From Crocinitomicaceae bacterium (lineage in GTDB: Bacteria; Bacteroidota; Bacteroidia; Flavobacteriales_D; Crocinitomicaceae): a stretch of DNA of 64,000 bases. The stretch covers positions 32,670 through 96,669 of the forward strand of contig JBILYP010000007.1 of NCBI GenBank assembly GCA_044377675.1. Direction: 5' to 3'. Shown here in pieces: positions 57,442 through 64,000 of this stretch. The stretch's first letter is position 1. Each line of letters begins with the position of its first letter. A program made the position numbers and the translations under genes. Below the pieces are notes generated by a model. The model was not told the origin of the DNA and made no database searches. It worked only from the letters and a program-made list of their open reading frames with translations.

Positions 57442-58200
57442 ATGAAATGGTTGTTATTTGTTTTCTTTATCGGGTTTTATTTTAATCCATTATTTTCTCA
57501 GCGCAATGTGAAAGACTCGGCTATTGCTACTCCTTGGATTGGAGTTCATTATGGCGGTAATTTTACGGCTGGAGATTTAGCAGATCGATATGGTTATTTG
57601 AATCACCTAGGAATCATTGCGGGGTATAAAACTGCCACCAATTGGTATATTGGTATGGAAAGTAATTTTATTTTTGGTAATCAAGTACGAGTAACTGGAT
57701 TATTAAACGATTTGATTGATTCTTATGGCAACGTAACAGATGTAAATGGTGATATTGCGCGAATATTTGTTTTACCTCGTGGTTTAAATATCAATGTCTC
57801 TGTTGGGAAAGTTTTCCCGGTTCTAAGCCCAAATAACAATTCAGGGATTTTTGTAAATGGAGGTTTGGGGTATTTAATTCATCACATGCGCATTGAAACA
57901 AATGATCAAGTCGTTCCTCAGCTAGAATTAAATTACCGAAAGGGGTATGATCGGTTAACATCGGGAGTTAATCTTCATCAATTTATTGGTTATGCATTTA
58001 TGGCAAACAGTGGGTTTTATAATTTTTATGGTGGTTTTTATGCACAAGAAGGTTTTACAAAAAATTTGCGAACAATCAATTTAGATGAGCCAGAAGTTCC
58101 TGTTTCCACAAAGACTCGAATAGATATTCAAGTTGGTTTTAGACTTGGTTGGATGATTCCATTTTACAAGCGTAAACCCAAAGATTTTTATTTTAATTGA
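57442..58200 (+). CDS. hypothetical outer-membrane beta-barrel-like protein
   Basis: Signal peptide (NPLFSQ), Gly/aromatic-rich alternating segments and an aromatic C-terminus. No assignable family. Confidence 0.5.
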   Translation: MKWLLFVFFIGFYFNPLFSQRNVKDSAIATPWIGVHYGGNFTAGDLADRYGYLNHLGIIAGYKTATNWYIGMESNFIFGNQVRVTGLLNDLIDSYGNVTDVNGDIARIFVLPRGLNINVSVGKVFPVLSPNNNSGIFVNGGLGYLIHHMRIETNDQVVPQLELNYRKGYDRLTSGVNLHQFIGYAFMANSGFYNFYGGFYAQEGFTKNLRTINLDEPEVPVSTKTRIDIQVGFRLGWMIPFYKRKPKDFYFN

Positions 58201-59450
58201 TGCAATTTCTATATAATTTATCCATATTTCTTTACGGAATAGTTATTCAAATCACCTCGAATTTCAATGAAAAGGCAAAACTTTGGATCATTGGTAGAAA
58301 GGATTGGAGAAATAAACTACCAGAAATAACATTAAGTCAAGACTTAGTATGGTTTCATTGTGCGTCACTAGGAGAATTCGATCAAGGATTACCCGTAATG
58401 AAGGAGTGGAAAGCTCAAAATCCTAACTGTTTAATTCTTGTTACTTTCTTTTCGCCTTCAGGCATGCAGCATTATCAAAAACGAAATCACTGCGCGGATT
58501 ATGTTGTATACCTGCCACTCGACTCTGTCTCTAATGCTAAATATTTTCTAAATTATTTTAAACCAAAGGCTATTTTTTTTGTGAAATATGAGTTTTGGGC
58601 AAATTATATTTCTACGGCTCATAAAATGCAAATTCCTATTTATTCAATTGCTGCAAATTTTAGGAAAAACCAACATTTTTTTAGCTGGTATGGATCTTTT
58701 TTTCGAGGTGTTTTAAAGAAAATTACTTATTTCTTTGTGCAAAATGAAACATCCTTAAAATTACTTCATTCTATAGGAATAAGCCAGGTTCAGATAGCAG
58801 GAGACACACGATTTGATGCAGTATTGGAAGCTAAAAATCAGTTTTTAAATGAAATAAATGAGGGTAACCGTGATGAGGATTGGACAAAATTTGAAAAGTT
58901 TCTACAAGGTGAAAAAGCGATAATAATTGGAAGCTCTTGGCCTGTAGAGGAACGTTTCATTATCCCCTATATCTTAAAGAATATGGGCACTAAATTTATT
59001 CTTGCACCTCACGATATTTCAGAGGGCCACATTTCGAAAATCGAAGATGGATTAGGTCATTCTTGTATGCGATTCACCAATTTTAGCGATGAAAAAAACA
59101 TCGTAAACTGTTTGATTCTGGATACAATTGGACATCTATCCAAAGCATATTATTTTGGAAAAATAGCAATTGTGGGAGGTGGATTTTCAGGTAAACTACA
59201 TAATATTCTAGAACCAGCTGTTTTTGGCTTGCCGGTATTATTTGGCCCTATAAACAAACGATTTCCAGAGGCAAAAACATTTTTAACGAATGGAATTGGA
59301 TTTGAATTTATTGATGAAATAGAATTAGAAAATCAGTTGAATAAACTCAACGAGAAAAACCAATCTCTAACATCAAATATTGTCGCGTTTATTGCATCTC
59401 AAGCAGGCGCATCGGCAAAAATTGTTTCAACTCTTAGAATTAATTCCTAG
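58200..59450 (+). CDS. waaA: 3-deoxy-D-manno-octulosonic acid (Kdo) transferase
   Basis: N-terminal membrane anchor LYNLSIFLYGIVIQI, the WFHCASLGEF motif and a GT-B C-domain with GGGF. ATG at 58200 overlaps the upstream TGA. Confidence 0.85.
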   Translation: MQFLYNLSIFLYGIVIQITSNFNEKAKLWIIGRKDWRNKLPEITLSQDLVWFHCASLGEFDQGLPVMKEWKAQNPNCLILVTFFSPSGMQHYQKRNHCADYVVYLPLDSVSNAKYFLNYFKPKAIFFVKYEFWANYISTAHKMQIPIYSIAANFRKNQHFFSWYGSFFRGVLKKITYFFVQNETSLKLLHSIGISQVQIAGDTRFDAVLEAKNQFLNEINEGNRDEDWTKFEKFLQGEKAIIIGSSWPVEERFIIPYILKNMGTKFILAPHDISEGHISKIEDGLGHSCMRFTNFSDEKNIVNCLILDTIGHLSKAYYFGKIAIVGGGFSGKLHNILEPAVFGLPVLFGPINKRFPEAKTFLTNGIGFEFIDEIELENQLNKLNEKNQSLTSNIVAFIASQAGASAKIVSTLRINS

Positions 59451-60217
59451 CTTTTTTTCTTTTTCTTTGTAAAATCAACATTATAGGTTAATCCAGATAA
59501 TAAGGTGTGATTCCGTTCTGTTTTTATTCCATCTGATTTTATTACATATTGATTAAGGTAGCCTATTTGAATATTGAAATTACTATTGAATCTCCAACCT
59601 AGGGCTGCGTTAAATCTATTTTGATCAACTACATTTTTCCCAATTCCCTTCCCGAAACCAATAAATACCTCGTTATTTAAATTTAAAAAAAGTGTATTGT
59701 CTTGCAAGTTTTTTTTAGTTATTGGTATTAAAACTAGCATACGATACCTAATCCGTTGTCTAAATAAATTATCACCTTTAACGATATCACCGGAGCTGTT
59801 TTTGATGTAATTTTCGATAAAACGTTGTTCTAGTCTATAGCGGTGTTGAATATCAATCGTACGGAATTTACCTTCAATTTTACTTTTTAAGTTCAATTGT
59901 TGCCAAATACGATTTTCATTGAAGTCAGTTAAAACTGGTTGTTCACCATAGGGAAAAGTCACTATCCAACCATAACCAGCAGTTACCGTAACATCGGGAT
60001 TTATGGTGTAATCAATACCAATCCTCATCAAGGATTGTTGCCAATTTTTAAATCCATCTTCTCGGCGCCATTGATATTCAGTATGAATTCCAAATTTATT
60101 TGAAAGCTTGTGATTTCCCAAATAACTAATCCACGCGTGCTGTTGGTCTGAAAAAACTTTTTGCGCAAATGTAACAGAACTAAGGAGGAATAGGAAAGAG
60201 AGAGTTAAACACTTCAT
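59447..60217 (-). CDS. DUF2490-like outer-membrane protein
   Basis: Signal peptide and the HRYRLEQRF motif, with repeated beta-strand pattern. Confidence 0.55.
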   Translation of the reverse strand: MKCLTLSFLFLLSSVTFAQKVFSDQQHAWISYLGNHKLSNKFGIHTEYQWRREDGFKNWQQSLMRIGIDYTINPDVTVTAGYGWIVTFPYGEQPVLTDFNENRIWQQLNLKSKIEGKFRTIDIQHRYRLEQRFIENYIKNSSGDIVKGDNLFRQRIRYRMLVLIPITKKNLQDNTLFLNLNNEVFIGFGKGIGKNVVDQNRFNAALGWRFNSNFNIQIGYLNQYVIKSDGIKTERNHTLLSGLTYNVDFTKKKKKS

Positions 60218-60227
60218 AGTAGCAAAA

Positions 60228-61835
60228 TTAATGTTGATGTTTATGTACAGAATAAGGATGGTCTGTTAGCGATTTGAATTCCTCCAACCCAAGAATTTCA
60301 AAATGACCACCTTCATTTTTAAAATCATCTTTGAGGTAATGTAATGATTCTACAACTGAATGATCAATTATTTGACAATGAGAAACATTAAATATTACAT
60401 GTTCTTTCATGGAAAAATGGGTGATGTTTTTTTTAACTCCTAGAAAGTTACTGAATAACAACGGGCCATGTACTGATAAGGTATTTCCTTTTATTTCCGT
60501 ATTTACTTTGAATAATTGTTTAAACGTAACTCCTCTTGTAAGGTGAATGATCATTTTTAATACAATTCCTGCTGCAATTCCTACTAATAAGTCGGTAGCA
60601 AGAGTTACTATAATTGTAATCAAAAAGATAGATAATTGATCCTTACCAATTTTAAACATAATTCTAAATTCTTTTGGGTGAACTAATTTGTATCCAACTC
60701 CAATTAGCATAGCGGCCAAAGCGGTCATTGGGATTAAATTACTAAAGAAAACTGCGAAAATCAAGAAAATTAGGATGAAAATACCGTGGTAGAAATTTGC
60801 CCATCTTGTTTTACCACCATTATTAACGTTAGCCGAAGAACGTGCTACCTCAGAAATCATTGGTAGTCCTCCTAAAAATCCTGCAATAATATTACCCATA
60901 CCAACCGCTAATAAATCTTTGTTATAGTCTGATTTACGTTTAAAAGGATCCATCATGTCGATTGCCTTAACCGTTAACAGGGCTTCTAAACTGCCAACAA
61001 GCGCAAACATCACCACATATTTAATGAAAGTACCGGTTTGACTAAATCCACTAAAATCTGCTTTTATTCCTAAGATTTCAAAAAAACCTTTGTCAAAAGT
61101 TAATAATGGTTTAAAATCAGTAGTGTTTTTTAATCCAAAAGCCATCCCCATTGGGATCGAAAGGATTAAAACTACAAGAGAGGCAGGTATTTTTCTAAGG
61201 AAATTTATTTTTAACATAGGCCATCCAAAAACAATGGCTAATGAAACTAAACCAATAATAGCTACCTCTTTGTGCAGGAAGAAATTAGGAATTGTTTTGC
61301 CCAATAGTTCTATTAATTCCAATGGTTCAACCATTGATTTACCTTCTTGAGTTAATGGATTTACCCCGGCAAGGATATGGATTTGTTTGCTCATGATTAT
61401 TATGCCAATTGCCGCTAACATTCCATGAACTGCGGATAAAGGAAAGAAATCGCTGAATCTTCCCAGTTTCAATATTCCAAATAAAACTTGGACAACACCA
61501 GCAACAACTACTGCGCCAAGTGCAAGATGCCATCCTAAATCAGCGTTTCCGTGTCCCAGCTCTGTTACGGAACCTGCAACTATTACAATAAGGCCAGCAG
61601 CAGGACCTTTAATTGTTAGTTTTGAGCCTGCAAAAAAGCTGACGATAATTCCACCAATCATGGCTGTAATTAAACCATAAATTGCGGGAAATTCACTTGC
61701 TTTAGCAATACCTAAACTCAGGGGTAATGCAAGGAGAAATACTAAAAATCCTGATAAAGCATCAGCACCAATATTTTCTTTGAGTCCTTCAAATCCATCT
61801 TTTGGAAGGATATGTTTTTTATTTTCTGTATTCAT
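60228..61835 (-). CDS. SulP family inorganic anion (bicarbonate/sulfate-type) transporter with C-terminal STAS domain
   Basis: SulP N-terminal motif DALSGFLVFLLALPLSLGIA, a polytopic core and a STAS-like tail (LSVHGPLLFSNF...). Confidence 0.85.
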   Translation of the reverse strand: MNTENKKHILPKDGFEGLKENIGADALSGFLVFLLALPLSLGIAKASEFPAIYGLITAMIGGIIVSFFAGSKLTIKGPAAGLIVIVAGSVTELGHGNADLGWHLALGAVVVAGVVQVLFGILKLGRFSDFFPLSAVHGMLAAIGIIIMSKQIHILAGVNPLTQEGKSMVEPLELIELLGKTIPNFFLHKEVAIIGLVSLAIVFGWPMLKINFLRKIPASLVVLILSIPMGMAFGLKNTTDFKPLLTFDKGFFEILGIKADFSGFSQTGTFIKYVVMFALVGSLEALLTVKAIDMMDPFKRKSDYNKDLLAVGMGNIIAGFLGGLPMISEVARSSANVNNGGKTRWANFYHGIFILIFLIFAVFFSNLIPMTALAAMLIGVGYKLVHPKEFRIMFKIGKDQLSIFLITIIVTLATDLLVGIAAGIVLKMIIHLTRGVTFKQLFKVNTEIKGNTLSVHGPLLFSNFLGVKKNITHFSMKEHVIFNVSHCQIIDHSVVESLHYLKDDFKNEGGHFEILGLEEFKSLTDHPYSVHKHQH

Positions 61836-61859
61836 TGTATATATTTTTTTAACTAGTAA

Positions 61860-63731
61860 TTAAGCGGAACGTTTGGCAACATCGTGGTATTTTTTTAGAT
61901 GTGGCCCTAAAAACACACGAGAATAAATTCGGATAGCAGCTAACCCATTGATGATTAAACTAAGAGCAGTGAAAAATGCTAAACCGAATTGATTATAATG
62001 TATGTGAGAGAAAATGAGATCTTCACCAATAAATGTAGGTGAGATGGGGAATCCTGCCAATGTTAAACAGCAGATTAAAAAGATAATTGCAATTTTTGGA
62101 TGCTCAAACGAATGACCATAAAAATTATCTAAACTTATCCATTCATTTTGTCTGCGCAGTTTCGATAATAAATAAATCCCACAAATCCAGGCACCAATAA
62201 TCCCACTTAAATACCAAATCAATTCATTGATTTTGAATTGATTATTAAACGAAATTGCTAATACCAGAAACAAATGATTCACCACAATTAAGGTATAAGC
62301 CAATCTTGCACTATTTCGTTCTGTGAATGCTTTAATGACTACGATAAAGCCAAGAATAGCATAAATTAATGGAAGTGCATTGGATACTGTTTTTGGAAGG
62401 CTGTCCTTGTAAAACAAAGTGATTAATCCGATTAAAAAAGTACTAGCAAAAAGTAAAATCACATTTTGATAACTAATAAATTTTAATCGTTTGCCCAGGT
62501 CTTTTAATGGGTTCCATAAAAAACGATACATGTAAGAGTCTAAATTCCATTCCTTCAAGCTCAAAATAAAAAGTGTATTTTCAAGCCTTTTTGGTAAAGT
62601 ATCTTCGATTGTCAATGAGCGCGGAATAAAATTGTAAAATTGTTCTCGGATTTTATAGCTTACAACGGACGGTGAAACTAGTAATTGATAAGTTCTTAGG
62701 AATGCATTTCCTGCTATATGAACTAAAGCTAAATAATGTAATCCAAATGCAATTTCTACAAAAATTAATCCTATTTGCCCAATGGATTCGTAGGCAATTT
62801 GACTTTTTATGGATGATTGAACACGGGCCGTTAGGGTGGCAATAAATGCTGTAGTAATGCCTGAAATAACCAAGAAAACTTTGAAGGAAGTTTGATGTTC
62901 CCAGAATGGTGATGTCCGCATCAAAAGAAATGCGCCAATATGAATGGACAAAGAGCCATAAAAAATAGCACTTGATGGAGTAGGTCCTTCCATAGCTCGA
63001 GGTAACCAGGAAGAAAAAGGTAATTGTGCGGATTTAGCAGCTGCGGTAATAAAAATCAGTAAGGAAATGGCTAAACCAACCCAAGAATGAGCCTCCAAGT
63101 GTTCACTTACTAAATGTGCGTTAGTTAATTTGAAAAATGAAATGTTTTCATGCCACAAATGATGCGATAACCACATAACTAAAATCAATCCTACATCTCC
63201 GATTCGATATATGGAAAAAACTTTAACTGCATTTTTTACCGGTAAATATCGATCACGGTAGAAGGCAATAAGTAGAAATGAAGAGACTCCTAATATTTCC
63301 CATCCAATGAATAAAGTTTCCAAATTACCTGAAAAAATAATAATTGTAAATCCTGAATAAAAGAATAATATGGTATTAAAAAATCGCTTGTATCCACTTT
63401 CCCGATGCAAATAATAACGACTATAACTAGTAATAATTAACGTCAATATTGATCCGAGGAATAAATAAACTAAAGTGATATGATCAAAATAGAAATCAAG
63501 GTAAAAATCATAACCTGGTGTACTATAAATTGAAAACTCTTTAATGTTTATGATAGTATGGCCATTTGCAATCCAAAAAATAGTGAAGAAAATCGCTCCA
63601 AAAAATTGAATGCCAACGGTTAATACAGCTATCCTTGAGAGTAATTGCTCATTTGATTTTGGAACAATTAAACTTAACAAAAAACCAATAATTGGTATTG
63701 CTATAAATGAATGTATGAATGAATTTTCCAT
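61860..63731 (-). CDS. dabB: NuoL/MrpA-like proton-conducting membrane subunit, DabB-type
   Basis: PF00361-like core (LETLFIGWEILGVSSFLLIAF, AAKSAQLPFSSWLPRAMEGPTPSSA), standing alone without other nuo genes. It sits 4 nt downstream of a DUF2309 gene. Confidence 0.75.
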   Translation of the reverse strand: MENSFIHSFIAIPIIGFLLSLIVPKSNEQLLSRIAVLTVGIQFFGAIFFTIFWIANGHTIINIKEFSIYSTPGYDFYLDFYFDHITLVYLFLGSILTLIITSYSRYYLHRESGYKRFFNTILFFYSGFTIIIFSGNLETLFIGWEILGVSSFLLIAFYRDRYLPVKNAVKVFSIYRIGDVGLILVMWLSHHLWHENISFFKLTNAHLVSEHLEAHSWVGLAISLLIFITAAAKSAQLPFSSWLPRAMEGPTPSSAIFYGSLSIHIGAFLLMRTSPFWEHQTSFKVFLVISGITTAFIATLTARVQSSIKSQIAYESIGQIGLIFVEIAFGLHYLALVHIAGNAFLRTYQLLVSPSVVSYKIREQFYNFIPRSLTIEDTLPKRLENTLFILSLKEWNLDSYMYRFLWNPLKDLGKRLKFISYQNVILLFASTFLIGLITLFYKDSLPKTVSNALPLIYAILGFIVVIKAFTERNSARLAYTLIVVNHLFLVLAISFNNQFKINELIWYLSGIIGAWICGIYLLSKLRRQNEWISLDNFYGHSFEHPKIAIIFLICCLTLAGFPISPTFIGEDLIFSHIHYNQFGLAFFTALSLIINGLAAIRIYSRVFLGPHLKKYHDVAKRSA

Positions 63732-63735
63732 GGTC

Positions 63736-64000
63736 TTAGTTATTTAATTCAAAAACGGGTAAATTCTCATGGCTTGATTCAATGACTGATTCTATACCAG
63801 TAACTTTGCAAATGGAATAATCTAATAAATTATAAGGTTTAAAAGTATCATCTGAAAAGATGAAGAATTCATTATTCTCACTATCAAACGCTACTAAATT
63901 CACCCATTCATTAGCGAACCATTCATAGGTTGCTGGGTTTTTCTGAATTGTTGCAAGAACTATATCAGGATGATGCTCAACAATTACTAATAATCGCAAT
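63736..64000 (-). CDS. dabA: C-terminal fragment of a DUF2309 protein (DabA-type inorganic carbon transporter subunit); gene continues beyond the window
   Basis: RLLVIVEHHPDIVLATIQKNP...NEWVNLVAFD resembles my recollection of the DUF2309 C-terminal pattern. Open reading frame runs to the window edge. Confidence 0.65.
   Translation of the reverse strand, partial: LRLLVIVEHHPDIVLATIQKNPATYEWFANEWVNLVAFDSENNEFFIFSDDTFKPYNLLDYSICKVTGIESVIESSHENLPVFELNN

Noticed and set aside
1-64000. CRISPR arrays, tandem or long direct repeats, IS elements, integrases/transposases, and tRNA/rRNA genes.
   Set aside because: No regularly spaced repeats were seen. No ORF has transposase or recombinase motifs. No intergenic region is long or GC-rich enough to hold a tRNA or rRNA. 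Intergenic regions are mostly under 150 bp.

Overview
By eye this is a low-GC (about 35-37%), gene-dense chromosomal segment from a Bacteroidota genome, probably Flavobacteriia-like. Three things support that assignment. The window carries gldF-gldG gliding genes, a T9SS C-terminal sorting domain and a PorV-like barrel. It encodes a 600-aa six-domain ribosomal protein S1. TAnnTTTG -7 promoter boxes occur where Shine-Dalgarno sites would otherwise be expected. Most of the window is housekeeping: ribBA, rpsA, argS, murB, bioA-bioD, ftsK, greA, tilS, waaA and pabB. Envelope and lipoprotein genes are interspersed among these. I found no rRNA, tRNA, CRISPR array, transposase, integrase or long repeat. 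The least explained content is as follows. (1) A 9-kb three-gene outer-membrane operon at 42284-51338. It encodes an Oar-like giant TonB-dependent-type barrel, a 1395-aa T9SS-sorted protein of unknown fold, and a PorV-like barrel. (2) An untracked 47-aa Lys/Cys-rich ORF at 5185-5328 with its own -7 promoter box. (3) A translationally coupled phosphopantetheinyl-transferase-like / GGGP-synthase (PcrB family) pair. (4) A DabA-DabB-SulP inorganic-carbon uptake cluster at the right edge. (5) A 760-aa orphan secreted protein with a polybasic core. (6) A mazEF toxin-antitoxin pair. Many ORF-track N-termini are over-extended and were trimmed to the most plausible start. Several genes appear to use TTG starts. 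All family assignments rest on motif recognition by eye, not on database searches.
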